A stretch of 64,000 nucleotides of DNA, taken from the NCBI GenBank assembly GCA_046583355.1, contig JAYGCM010000087.1, positions 32,001 through 96,000 on the forward strand, written 5' to 3'. Position numbers and translations under genes: made by a program. Each line of letters starts with the position of its first letter. Within the stretch, counting starts at the first letter, position 1. Source of the stretch: Deltaproteobacteria bacterium. GTDB taxonomy: Bacteria; Desulfobacterota; Binatia; UBA12015. The notes beneath the pieces were generated by a model. It saw nothing but the letters and a program-made list of their open reading frames with translations. It did no database searches and was not told the origin of the DNA. This document shows positions 31,298 to 41,155 of this stretch, piece after piece.

Positions 31298-33088
31298 ATG
31301 GCGGACGTGATTGAGGCCGATTGGGATATGACGTCGTACTTCCCCGAGCATGGAGGCGGGGTCTACCGGGCATTTCGTGAGGAGTTGGTGGCGGATGTTG
31401 CCGAGCTCCGCCGGGCCCTGCCGGGTCTGGGCGCCATCGACGCCGAGGGGTTGGAGCGCTGGGAGGCGTGGCTGCTCCGGTTGGAAGATGTCGCTGCCCG
31501 CAACCGGCACCTCGGCTCCTACCTGGGCTGCCTTTCTGCGGCGGATGCGCGCGACCAGGCGGTCGCCGCCGATGTCGCCGCCGGAGCGGCCCTGCGCGCG
31601 GAGATCGAGAAGGCCCTGGTGGGTCTGCGTTCGTCTCTGCGCGACGCCGCTGAAGAGGATTTCGGCGCGCTACTTGCGCGCGACGCGCTCGCGCCGGTGG
31701 CCTGGTACCTGCGTCAGGCGCGTTTGCGCTCCCTCTTCAGCATGCAGAGCGCGCTCGAAGGCCTGGCGGCAGACCTCGGCGTCGATGGCATTGCCGCCTG
31801 GGGACGGCTCTACGACAATCTCTCCAGCGCACTCGAATTCGATTTCGAGTCGCCCGATGGGGCGATTCAGCGCTTGCCGATCTCGCGCGCCCGCAGCCTG
31901 ATGGGTGACGCCGACCCGGCCGTGCGACGCGCTTCATTTGCCGGCGCGAACCGCGCCTGGGAGACGCAACTCGAGACCTGTGCGGCCGCGCTCAACGCGA
32001 TTGCCGGGACGCGGCTGACGCTCTACGAGCGCCGCGGTGTCGAGCATTTTCTCGACCCGGCTTGCTTCGACTCGGGGGTCTCGCGGCGCACCCTGGCGAC
32101 CATGATCGGCGTGGCGCGCGATCGGGCCGAGGTGGCGCGACGTATCTTGCGCGAGCGGGCCCGCCGCATGGGGCTGGATGGTCTCGCCTTTGCCGACCTT
32201 GAGGCCCCCTGCGGCTCGTCGGCCAGCGCGCGGATCTCCTTCGAGGATGCGGCCGCGCGCACCACCGATGCCTTTCATCGCTTCTACCCCGCACTCGGCC
32301 ATTTCGCGGCCGAGGCCGTGGCGAAGCGCTGGATCGACCATTCCCCACGTCCCGGCAAACGTCCCGGCGGCTTCTGTTCGTCCTCGCCACGGCTAGCGGA
32401 GAGTCGTATTTTCATGACCTTTGACGGCGCTTTGGGCGATGTCTCGACGCTGGCTCATGAGCTGGGCCATGCGTGGCATTCCCGGGTGATGGTCGATATG
32501 CGCCCGTGGGCGCGGGGCTACCCGATGACGCTGGCGGAGACAGCATCGACCTTCGCCGAGCAGATTCTGATCGATCGGATTCTCTCGGATCCGGCGGCCG
32601 GGCAGGCGGAGAAGGCCGAGGTGCTCGAGGGGCGTCTCGCCGACGCGACCGCGTTCCTCCTGAATACGACAATGCGCTTTACCTTCGAGGAGGCATTCTA
32701 CACTGAACGTGCGGCCGGCGAAGTGAGCGCGCAGCGCCTCGGCGAGCTGATGGTCGAGCATCAGCGTTCCTGGTACGGCGATGCGCTCGCCGACGACGGC
32801 CTCGACCCGTATTTCTGGGCCTCGAAGCTCCATTTCTATATCACCGGCCTGTCTTTTTATAATTTCCCCTACACCTTCGGCTACCTTTTCAGTCAGGGCC
32901 TTTTCGCTCGGGCGAAGGCCGAGGGCGCCGATTTTCTCCCGCGCTATGAAGCCCTTCTGCGTGACACCGGTTCGGCTCCGGCCGAGGAAGTGGCGCGCCG
33001 GCATCTGGATGTGGACCTCGAGAAACCTGAATTCTGGAATGCCTCGATCGATCTGGTTGCGGAGGATCTCGAAATCTTTGTGAAATAA
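31298..33088 (+). CDS. pepF: Oligoendopeptidase F (M3B family)
   Basis: GKRPGGFC, AHELGH, LAETASTFAE, FYNFPYTFGYL. Confidence 0.92.
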   Translation: MADVIEADWDMTSYFPEHGGGVYRAFREELVADVAELRRALPGLGAIDAEGLERWEAWLLRLEDVAARNRHLGSYLGCLSAADARDQAVAADVAAGAALRAEIEKALVGLRSSLRDAAEEDFGALLARDALAPVAWYLRQARLRSLFSMQSALEGLAADLGVDGIAAWGRLYDNLSSALEFDFESPDGAIQRLPISRARSLMGDADPAVRRASFAGANRAWETQLETCAAALNAIAGTRLTLYERRGVEHFLDPACFDSGVSRRTLATMIGVARDRAEVARRILRERARRMGLDGLAFADLEAPCGSSASARISFEDAAARTTDAFHRFYPALGHFAAEAVAKRWIDHSPRPGKRPGGFCSSSPRLAESRIFMTFDGALGDVSTLAHELGHAWHSRVMVDMRPWARGYPMTLAETASTFAEQILIDRILSDPAAGQAEKAEVLEGRLADATAFLLNTTMRFTFEEAFYTERAAGEVSAQRLGELMVEHQRSWYGDALADDGLDPYFWASKLHFYITGLSFYNFPYTFGYLFSQGLFARAKAEGADFLPRYEALLRDTGSAPAEEVARRHLDVDLEKPEFWNASIDLVAEDLEIFVK

Positions 33089-33265
33089 GGCGCCCGCACT
33101 CAATTCATGAGCGCCGCGAGCCGAACTCCTGTATAGGGGCCTTGCCGGAACGGGGTTTCCCGAGATCGCGGGTCGGTCGGTTTGTCTGTTGGACAAGTGT
33201 TGAACAAGGGTTGTCTTGGGTCGTCCAACAGGGAAGAGATTGCGAGAGGGAGGGAGGGTCGAGAA

Positions 33266-33463
33266 ATGATTGTACGAATGCTGAATTCATCGCAGAACCA
33301 AAGCGGGGATGCCTATATGATCCACCGTGAGTTGCTCGATCTACCTGAGGAGCGTGCCCTGCAACTCGTCGTTGAGGGGCTTTGTGTGGTCGTGCCGCCC
33401 GAGTCGGGTATGGCCGGTGCAATGACGCTGCCGGACCCCGCCGTCCGCAAGCCACGACCCTGA
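33266..33463 (+). CDS. Putative small hypothetical protein (65 aa)
   Basis: GGAGG-rich RBS upstream of ATG 33266 in an otherwise empty 440-bp gap; no recognisable motif. Confidence 0.35.
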   Translation: MIVRMLNSSQNQSGDAYMIHRELLDLPEERALQLVVEGLCVVVPPESGMAGAMTLPDPAVRKPRP

Positions 33464-33529
33464 GGCCCGATCGGCTTTGTCGGGGCGGGTGTCGTTGCAC
33501 TTTCCGGCGGGACCTCTACCCATAATCCT

Positions 33530-34501
33530 GTGTATCGCGAAGAAATTCAGGTCTTGGATTGTACCGTCCGTGACGGCGGTCTGATCAACCAATATCAGTT
33601 CAAGGACGAGTTTGTGCAGTCCTGCTACCGCGCCGCCTGTGAGGCTGGCGTAGATTGGTGGGAGATCGGCAAAAAACTCGAAGTCAGCGAGCAATATTCA
33701 CGTGCCGAATGGGGTGCCTGGAATTTTTGCGCTGATGACGATATCAAGCGCGTGATTGACTCCCATGACGGCGAGCAGCGCGCGAAAGTCGCCGTGATGT
33801 ACGATGTCGGCCGGGTGGATGTCTCCAAGTTGGGGCCGGTCGACCAGGGGCCGATCGATATGGTCCGGACGGCCTGTTACGTCGCCGATATCGACAAGGG
33901 TATCGACCTCGTGCGTCGCACCAAGGATCTGGGCTACGCCACGACACTCAATATCATGGCGCCTTCGGCGGCCATCGAGAGCGAGTTGGTCGAGGGCTTG
34001 GCTGAGGTGAATGAAGTCGAGGAAATCGACTTCCTCTATCTGGTCGATAGTTTCGGTTCGCTCTACTCCGAGCAGATCACCGCCTACGTCAAGCTCTATC
34101 GCAAGCACGCGCCGAACAAGCAGTTGGGCTTTCACGGGCACAACAACCAGCAACTCGCGTTCGCCAATACGCAGCAGGCGATCATCGACGGTGTGAATTT
34201 GCTCGACGCGACGGTCAACGGAATCGGTCGCGGTGCGGGCAATTGCAACCTCGAATTGCTGCTGCAGTTTCTGAAGAATCCCAAATTTGATGTCCGACCG
34301 ATCTACCGCTGCATTCAGGAGGAATTTCTCTCGCTGCGCCAGGAGATCGAGTGGGGCTACAACGATATCTACGGGATCAGCGGTTGCCTGAACCAGCATC
34401 CGCGGGCCGCCATGAAGCAACGCGGCAAGGGCGGCGCGAAGGACGATTGTTTCGACTTCCTGCTCGAGTGCACGGAGCTCGACGAGGCACCGCTGGACTG
34501 A
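33530..34501 (+). CDS. DRE-TIM metallolyase (HMGL-like, 4-hydroxy-2-oxovalerate aldolase-like catalytic domain)
   Basis: LDCTVRDGG, VDSFGS, GFHGHNN, GIGRGAGN. Confidence 0.88.
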   Translation: MYREEIQVLDCTVRDGGLINQYQFKDEFVQSCYRAACEAGVDWWEIGKKLEVSEQYSRAEWGAWNFCADDDIKRVIDSHDGEQRAKVAVMYDVGRVDVSKLGPVDQGPIDMVRTACYVADIDKGIDLVRRTKDLGYATTLNIMAPSAAIESELVEGLAEVNEVEEIDFLYLVDSFGSLYSEQITAYVKLYRKHAPNKQLGFHGHNNQQLAFANTQQAIIDGVNLLDATVNGIGRGAGNCNLELLLQFLKNPKFDVRPIYRCIQEEFLSLRQEIEWGYNDIYGISGCLNQHPRAAMKQRGKGGAKDDCFDFLLECTELDEAPLD

Positions 34502-34529
34502 GCGCGCCTTGCTCGCGAGTCGATCGCGT

Positions 34530-35648
34530 TCAGCTGAGTTCGCGCAACAACGCGTGCACGCCGCGGGCCGTGCGCTCCCAAGAGAACTTCGCGGCACGAG
34601 TGCGGCCGCGCGCGCTCTGATTCGCCCGCCGGGCGGGATCGTCAAGTAATTCGGCCAGGCAGACGGCGAGTTCCTCGGTGTTCTTCGGGTTGAAATAGAC
34701 GGGCACGTCGCCGCCGACTTCATAGGAGGCGGCGGTCCGGCTGGCCAGGACGGGTGCGCCGGCCGCCATCGCTTCGAGGACCGGCAGGCCGAAGCCCTCG
34801 TAGAGGGACGGCGAGACGAAGAGTTCGGCAGCGGCATAGAATCCGGGTAGATCTCGCGCTTCGACGTAGCCGTATCTTTGGACGCGGCCCGCGGCGATTT
34901 CGGCCGCGAGTCGCCGCTCCAATTCGCGGTCGCGCCAGCCGCTGCCGCCGAGCACGACCAGTTTGACCTCGCCGCTGCGCAGCGCCGGTATATGGGGCAG
35001 CGCCTTGAGCAGGCGCAGCAGGTTCTTGCGCGGCTCCAAGGTGCCAACGAAGAGCAGATAATGCTTCGGCAAAGCATGCGTGCGGCGGAAGGCCGTTGCG
35101 TCGAAATGCGCCGGATCCACAAAAAATTGCGGCGCGACGCCATTCGGGACAGCGCGGACTCGCGTTTGGTCGAAGGCCTTCCAGTCGAGAATTTCGCGCC
35201 GTGTGCTCTCCGAGACGCAATAGATCAGGTCGGCTTCCTCCAGACTCTTCTCGACCCAGAGCTTCGCGATCAGCGCGTTATGCCGCGCCATGGTCTCCGG
35301 GAAGCGGCGAAAGACGAGGTCGTGCATCTGCAGCAGTACGCGGGTGCGCGGCGGCTTCTGGCGCGGGCCCACCTGGAGCGTCGCCCAATGGATCTGGCTG
35401 CCGGAGTTCCGCAGCGCGGCGCCCAACCCGTAGCGAAAAAAGAGCGACCCCGCGCGGCGCAAAAGCCGCGGCGCCATCGTGATCGGCAGGCCGTCTTCGG
35501 CGGCGCTTGCCTCCAAGGGGCGGCTGGCGAGTAGCAGGTACTCGTCGTCCGGGTCTAATTGCCGCAGCGCGCGCAGGGTTTCGCGCAACGCGATTCCCGT
35601 GCCGGTCAGCGGCGGGGCTAGCGAACGGGCGTCGATCGCAACCTTCAT
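34530..35648 (-). CDS. Glycosyltransferase family 4 (GT-B)
   Basis: MKVAIDAR, HDL, VSEST, VGTLEPRKN, PSLYEGFGLPVLEAMA, FSWERTA. Confidence 0.95.
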   Translation of the reverse strand: MKVAIDARSLAPPLTGTGIALRETLRALRQLDPDDEYLLLASRPLEASAAEDGLPITMAPRLLRRAGSLFFRYGLGAALRNSGSQIHWATLQVGPRQKPPRTRVLLQMHDLVFRRFPETMARHNALIAKLWVEKSLEEADLIYCVSESTRREILDWKAFDQTRVRAVPNGVAPQFFVDPAHFDATAFRRTHALPKHYLLFVGTLEPRKNLLRLLKALPHIPALRSGEVKLVVLGGSGWRDRELERRLAAEIAAGRVQRYGYVEARDLPGFYAAAELFVSPSLYEGFGLPVLEAMAAGAPVLASRTAASYEVGGDVPVYFNPKNTEELAVCLAELLDDPARRANQSARGRTRAAKFSWERTARGVHALLRELS

Positions 35649-35698
35649 CGCGAGTCTGCCCGCCACCACCTATACCGCCGCATGTGGCAAAGCGTTTA

Positions 35699-36685
35699 TC
35701 AGATCGCTTGCCGGCCTCCCACCCGGGGGAGGACCTCGGCGCCGATACGCTCGAGCACGGCGGCGTCGATGCCGCCGGAGAGCACCATATGCGTCAGGCC
35801 CCATTCGGCCTCGCGACGCTGCAATTCCTCGACCCATTGGTCGGCTGTGCCGACCAGGGCGATCGGCATGCGGCGGGCAACCTCGGGGGCAAGCCCGAAG
35901 CCACCGGCGACGGCAGCAGTCATCTGCTCGGTCTGCTCTTCGTTGTCGGTGAGGATCGCGATGAATGCGGTGGTCGAGATCTGGATCTCACGGCCGTGTT
36001 TGGCGGCCTCCTCGCGAACGAAATCGACTTTCTTCTTGAAGCCATCTTCGGCGAGCTTGGCGACCTCGGTCATCAGGACGGTGCCAGCCTTGCCGGTATC
36101 GACGATGATATTCACGGTAGCGGCATGCTTCGCCGCGATGCGCAGAAGCCCCTTGCCGCTTCCCCCGAGCACGACGGGCGGCGGAGCGGCGACCGGCTTG
36201 GCGGGCAGGAAGGCATCTTTGAGATGGTAGAACTCGCCGTCAAAGGTGGTGCGCTCTTCGGTCCAGAGGGAGTGGATGACGGTGAGCGCCTCGTCGAGCT
36301 GCCGCAGGCGCGGTTTGATGTCGGGGAAGGGGACACCCGTCATATCGAATTCCGCTTTGGTCCAGCCTGCACCGAGGCCGAGGATGGCACGCCCGCCGGA
36401 GATCTGGTCGAGCGTCGCCATGGCTTGGGCGGTGCTTGCGGGGTGGCGGAAGAGATTGCAGAGCACGAGCCCGCCGATCTCGATTTTCTCGGTTGCCTGG
36501 GCCATCGCGCCGAGAATCGCGATGGCCTCCCAGGCCGGTGTGTTCGGGTCGAGTGCGCCTGCGCCCGGAGGCTCCATGGCGAAATGGTCCGGTACGAAGG
36601 CGTTCTTGATGCCGATCGCCTCGGCCTTCTGCGCCATGGTGATGATTTCCTGGGTGGACCCGTTCAGCTGAATTCCGAATTCCAT
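35699..36685 (-). CDS. LLM-class flavin (possibly F420)-dependent oxidoreductase
   Basis: VPDHF, RHPASTAQAMATLDQISGGRAILGLGAGW, FDGEFY. Confidence 0.92.
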   Translation of the reverse strand: MEFGIQLNGSTQEIITMAQKAEAIGIKNAFVPDHFAMEPPGAGALDPNTPAWEAIAILGAMAQATEKIEIGGLVLCNLFRHPASTAQAMATLDQISGGRAILGLGAGWTKAEFDMTGVPFPDIKPRLRQLDEALTVIHSLWTEERTTFDGEFYHLKDAFLPAKPVAAPPPVVLGGSGKGLLRIAAKHAATVNIIVDTGKAGTVLMTEVAKLAEDGFKKKVDFVREEAAKHGREIQISTTAFIAILTDNEEQTEQMTAAVAGGFGLAPEVARRMPIALVGTADQWVEELQRREAEWGLTHMVLSGGIDAAVLERIGAEVLPRVGGRQAI

Positions 36686-36695
36686 TGGCTGAGTT

Positions 36696-37145
36696 CTAAC
36701 GCTGTATCGGGCCTCCGACAACGCCGCGCCGCGCTTCGATTTCCTCGGCGGAAACCCAACGCCCGCTGGAGCGGAAGCCCCAATCCTGCCGACGACGGCC
36801 GACCGCAACAAGCGACCAGGCGTCCGTGCATTGCGAGAGGCGATGCGCGTGGCGGGGTGAAAAGCGGCGCAGGTAGGGTGCCCGGAAATGGAACGATTCC
36901 ATGCTGCCATCTTCGGCGAGGACATCCTCATGGTAGGAGCCGCGGAAGAGAAACGAGACGAAGACGCGCGGATGGTTATGCGGTTCTTCGGGATCGTCGA
37001 GGCGGAAATGGTGCAGGTAGAGGCGCCGGTCGCGGAAGTGCGCCACCACCCAACGGTCGAGATAGGTCACGCCACCGCGCCCGATGGCCTCGTAGCGGAA
37101 GAGGCGCGAGAGCCATCTTCCCATGCGGTTCAGGTCCGAACTCAT
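36696..37145 (-). CDS. Hypothetical cupin-like metal-binding protein
   Basis: YLDRW, LYLHHF..DD...PHNHP...SFLFRGSYHE, HAHR, DWGF. Confidence 0.7.
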   Translation of the reverse strand: MSSDLNRMGRWLSRLFRYEAIGRGGVTYLDRWVVAHFRDRRLYLHHFRLDDPEEPHNHPRVFVSFLFRGSYHEDVLAEDGSMESFHFRAPYLRRFSPRHAHRLSQCTDAWSLVAVGRRRQDWGFRSSGRWVSAEEIEARRGVVGGPIQR

Positions 37146-37201
37146 GGCAGCGAGAGAAGCGTTCTTCGGCCGGCCGGGCAAGCCCTTGGAATGCCCGGCG
37201 T

Positions 37202-38716
37202 CTAGGCGACGGCCGCTTGCGGCTGGTCTTGGTTGCCGGATTTCGCCTCGGGCTTGCGCTCCGGCGTCGAGAAGACCAATGCATCGTCGACCAGTTTGCC
37301 GTGGCGTACCATGAGGATATCGCGCAGGTAATTCTGGTAGGCCCGCCATGGCTCGTTTTTCCCCTGACGGGGGAATTGGTCGATCGAGCGCTTGATGTAG
37401 CCGGATTCGAGCGCGAGAATTTCTTCGTCTATCACCGGGGTTCCGTCAGTCCGTGGGCAGACCTGCTCGAAGTCGTTCTTCTTCATATAGTTGAGAAGCT
37501 TCGCGATATACTCACATGTGAGGTCGCATTTCAGCGTCCAGGAGGCGTTGGTGTAGCCGATCGCCATGGCGAGGTTCGGGATATCGCTGAAGAGAATCGC
37601 CTTATAGGTAAGCGATTTCGAGAGCTCGCGACGTTCGCCATCTACCGTGATCTCAAGGCCAGCGAGGAAGAGCAGGTTCAATCCGGTTGCCGTGACGATC
37701 ATATCGGCTTCGAGTTCGCGTCCTGATTTCAGCAGGATTCCCTTCTCCGTGAAGCGTTCAATATGGTCCGTAACTACCGAGGCCTGATTTTGATTGATGG
37801 CCTTGAAGAGATCGCCGTTGGGCACCAGGCACATTCGTTGGTCCCAGGGTTTGTAGCTCGGGGTAAAATGCGTCTTGACGTCAAAATCAGGACCGAGGGC
37901 TTTCTGGATTCCTTTCAGGATGCCTCTTTTCGCGGCGTTCGGATAACGACGGACGAAGCGGAACATCGCGGAGAAGAAGAGAATATTCTTCCAGCGAGTG
38001 AGAGCGTATGCTAGTTTCTCGGGCAGCCAGCGGCGCAGGCGGGCGTTGATGGCATCTTTATCCGGTGCGGCAACCATATAAGTCGGCGAGCGCTGCAGCA
38101 TCGTCACATGCGCGGCCGTCTTTGCCATCTCGGGCACCAGCGTGACGGCGGTAGCGCCGGAGCCGATCACCACGACCTTCTTGTCCTTGTAGACGATATC
38201 GTCGGTCCATTCCTGGGGGTGGACGATCTGGCCCTGGAAATCTTCCATGCCCGCGAAGTCCGGCGTGTAGCCCTTATCGTAATTATAGTAGCCGCTGCAC
38301 ATGAAGAGGAAGTTGCAGGTGATCTGGCTGATTCCACTGCCGTCGGTGCGTTCGGTCTCGAGTGTCCAGCGAGCGTCGGGGGTGGACCACGCGGCTCGCT
38401 TCGCCTGAAGCCCGTAGCGGATTTTCTTGTCGATGCCGTTGTCACGCGCGGTATCGCGCACGTACTCGCGGATCGAGGGTCCGTCGGCGATGGCCTTCTC
38501 GGCCACCCAGGGCCTGAACGAGTAGCCGAGCGTATGCATATCGGAGTCCGAGCGGACGCCCGGGTAGCGAAAGAGGTCCCAGGTGCCGCCGATCGCCTCG
38601 CGGCGCTCGAGGATCGCGTAACTGCGGTCGGGGCATTCCTTTTGCAGATGATAGCCCGCCGCGATTCCGGAGAGGCCGGCGCCGACGATGATGACATCGA
38701 AATGTTCCATGCTCAT
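37202..38716 (-). CDS. Flavin-containing Baeyer-Villiger monooxygenase (EthA/AlmA-like)
   Basis: GAGLSG, GGTWDLFRYPGVRSDSD, FQGQIVHPQEW fingerprint, GSGATA, PWDQRMC. Confidence 0.95.
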   Translation of the reverse strand: MSMEHFDVIIVGAGLSGIAAGYHLQKECPDRSYAILERREAIGGTWDLFRYPGVRSDSDMHTLGYSFRPWVAEKAIADGPSIREYVRDTARDNGIDKKIRYGLQAKRAAWSTPDARWTLETERTDGSGISQITCNFLFMCSGYYNYDKGYTPDFAGMEDFQGQIVHPQEWTDDIVYKDKKVVVIGSGATAVTLVPEMAKTAAHVTMLQRSPTYMVAAPDKDAINARLRRWLPEKLAYALTRWKNILFFSAMFRFVRRYPNAAKRGILKGIQKALGPDFDVKTHFTPSYKPWDQRMCLVPNGDLFKAINQNQASVVTDHIERFTEKGILLKSGRELEADMIVTATGLNLLFLAGLEITVDGERRELSKSLTYKAILFSDIPNLAMAIGYTNASWTLKCDLTCEYIAKLLNYMKKNDFEQVCPRTDGTPVIDEEILALESGYIKRSIDQFPRQGKNEPWRAYQNYLRDILMVRHGKLVDDALVFSTPERKPEAKSGNQDQPQAAVA

Positions 38717-38897
38717 TGGTGGCAGGTTAGCGTATGGCAGATCAGAGAACAGCACGGAGTTTCCCACCTGTAGGGAGCACCGCTTGATCGGTTTTCTGGG
38801 CCGCTCAAGGGTACCAGCAGGCATTCGGCTCGGGCGGGCGGATCCGCTGTGGGCGAATTGCCGTTGCACTTTCCCGCCGGATCTCTAGGTTGCGGCG

Positions 38898-41102
38898 ATG
38901 GTCGGTGCGGAGAGGGAGAGGGCGTTCGGTGGCGTCGGTGACGCGGCGTCGGGTCGGCGGGGGCTCGAAGCCCTGTTCGCGACGCTCCTTTACGCGGCCG
39001 CAGTGCCCTGGGTTTTTCGGCCCTGGTTTCTTGCTGCGGACCTCCTGCCGCATTCGAGCGGCCTGCTGGGCGCGATGGTCGATGCGGACCTGAACCTCAA
39101 TATCTGGATTCTCGCCTGGGCCGCGCACGCGGCATTGACGGATTTCACCCAGATCTTCCAAGGTAATATTTTCCATCCGGCGCCGAATGCGCTGGTTGGC
39201 TCGGAGAATATGCTGGCCCATCTGCCCTTCACGGTGCCGGCCCTGGCGCTTACCGGCGACGCGCTCTTCGTGCTCAAAACCTATGTTCTTGAGTCCTTCG
39301 CACTCAGCGGGCTCGGCATGTTCCTCTACGTCCGCCACCATACGCGTAGCCTGCCGGCGGCTTTTTTTGCCGGTGCAGCCTATACCTTCACGGCCTTTCG
39401 CGCCGAGACGATCCCGCAGCCGCAATACCTCGCCGTCGCCTTCTTGCCGCTGGCTTTTCTCGCGTTGGATCTCTGGCTGCAATGCCATCGCCTGCGCTGG
39501 CTGGTCGCGCTTGCCGCCTGTCTCGCCCTGCAAGCTTATTCTTGTGTTTACGTCGGTTTCTTCACGCTATTGGCCGTCCCGGTATACGCGCTGGCGCGGC
39601 TCGCCGGCCACCGCGGGTCCCGCCTCCGGGCCGCCCTCGGTCTGCTGGTGGCAGGTCTGGCCGCCGGCGTGTTGTTGATTCCGCTGGCGATCCCCTACCT
39701 GGAGGCGCGCTCCTACGGCATGGTGCCGGACCAGCCGGGCGCCGTCGTGCGCGCCGGTTCCTGGACACTCGCGGCCTATTTCTCATCGGCCTTTATCTAC
39801 CGGGTGGGTCTGATTCCTCTTGCACTGGTTGTCTACGGGCTTGTTTTGCGGCTCGCACCTACCAGTGGTGCCCGCCGCGCGGAGCGGCAGCATTTGCCGA
39901 GCCTGGCCCTTTGGGCCGTGGTCGGAGCCTCCCTTCTGCTCGGGTTGGGCCCCGTGGTTGTGCTGCCCGGCGGTGTCGAGTTGCCGACGCCCTATACGTT
40001 TTTACAGAGTTTCCTGCCCGGATTTTCTTCGCTGCGTGTCCCCATCCGCTTTGTGACGATTGTCGCCGCGGGGCTCTCGGCGCTGGCCGGCTTTGCGCTG
40101 GCCGAGGTGTTGCGGGATTGGCGCGCACCGGCGCGCCTGGTGGCCGCAATGGCGCTGGCGGTAGCCTGTGTTCTGGGTGCGTCGAGCGAGGTGCGCCCGA
40201 CGATGGCGGCCGGGCTGGGCGCGAGCGCCCAGCCGGCCTATCTCTGGCTGGCGCAGCAGGAGGGAGAGTCGGCGGTAGTGGAGATTCCCGGTCCGACGCG
40301 GCTCTCGGGCGACCTCGGCGCGGACCTGCGCAATAGCCGGTATATGGTGGCGAGTACCCTGCATTGGCGCCCGCTGGTCAACGGCTATACCGCCTACCCG
40401 CCGCCGGCGTCGGGGGCGGTTTTCCCAGCCTTGCGTGACCTCCCCGATGGCGACGCTCTGCAGGCGTTGGTGGATCTGACCGGAGTGGGCTGGCTGGTGC
40501 TGCACCGCGACGCCTTGGCGCCGCATGAGGCGCGTCGGTGGTCGGGTGCCCTGCCGCCGGGCCTCGTGCTGGCAAAGGCGTTCGGCGCGGTCGAGGTCTA
40601 CCGGGTGGAGATTGCCGCCGAGCAGCCTTGGGCCGCGCGCCTGGCGGCGCCACCGCGGCGCTCGGGGACAACCTTTGCTGGTACCTCGGTCGCGCCGCTG
40701 GGCGAGAATTGCCGGCCGATCGGTCTGACGATCCTGGAGGCACCGGCGCGTTTTTCGCGGCTTCCGGTAGGCGTGCGAATCGGCATGCAGATCACCAACG
40801 CCAGCCCGTGCGCGCTGCCCGCCTTGGGCCAGTTGCCGCATGGGTTGGTCGGCTTGGCCTATCGTTGGCGTGCGCCGGGGGCGCCTTGGTCGGCACCGAC
40901 GGCGATCGCACGCTTGCTGCGCGATCTTGCGCCGGGAACGAAGATGCCCACGTCCATCTCGGTCTCGCCGCCGGGTGGCGCCGCGGGAACCTATGAGTTG
41001 GAGATCCAACTCATTCAGCAGGGAGAAGAGGCGCCCCTGGCGCGTGTGCGGAAGACCTTCGCGGTCGGTCGCATTCCGGCCGGACCGCTCGGCGAAAAGT
41101 AG
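38898..41102 (+). CDS. Polytopic membrane protein, probable GT-C-fold glycosyltransferase with C-terminal Ig-like domain
   Basis: DLNLNIWILAW..NIFHP..LVGSE loop, about 12 TM, RVPIRF, LVNGYTAY; beta-rich C-terminus. Confidence 0.6.
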   Translation: MVGAERERAFGGVGDAASGRRGLEALFATLLYAAAVPWVFRPWFLAADLLPHSSGLLGAMVDADLNLNIWILAWAAHAALTDFTQIFQGNIFHPAPNALVGSENMLAHLPFTVPALALTGDALFVLKTYVLESFALSGLGMFLYVRHHTRSLPAAFFAGAAYTFTAFRAETIPQPQYLAVAFLPLAFLALDLWLQCHRLRWLVALAACLALQAYSCVYVGFFTLLAVPVYALARLAGHRGSRLRAALGLLVAGLAAGVLLIPLAIPYLEARSYGMVPDQPGAVVRAGSWTLAAYFSSAFIYRVGLIPLALVVYGLVLRLAPTSGARRAERQHLPSLALWAVVGASLLLGLGPVVVLPGGVELPTPYTFLQSFLPGFSSLRVPIRFVTIVAAGLSALAGFALAEVLRDWRAPARLVAAMALAVACVLGASSEVRPTMAAGLGASAQPAYLWLAQQEGESAVVEIPGPTRLSGDLGADLRNSRYMVASTLHWRPLVNGYTAYPPPASGAVFPALRDLPDGDALQALVDLTGVGWLVLHRDALAPHEARRWSGALPPGLVLAKAFGAVEVYRVEIAAEQPWAARLAAPPRRSGTTFAGTSVAPLGENCRPIGLTILEAPARFSRLPVGVRIGMQITNASPCALPALGQLPHGLVGLAYRWRAPGAPWSAPTAIARLLRDLAPGTKMPTSISVSPPGGAAGTYELEIQLIQQGEEAPLARVRKTFAVGRIPAGPLGEK

Positions 41103-41155
41103 GCCTGCTTGCGGATGGTGCACTCTTCGGCCGCTCCTCATAGAGTCGTTCTCTG

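Noticed and set aside
35507..37726. 739-aa plus-strand ORF, and similar long antisense ORFs (6691-8100, 20433-21845, 45977-47560)
   Set aside because: Each lies opposite well-supported genes and has no recognisable motifs
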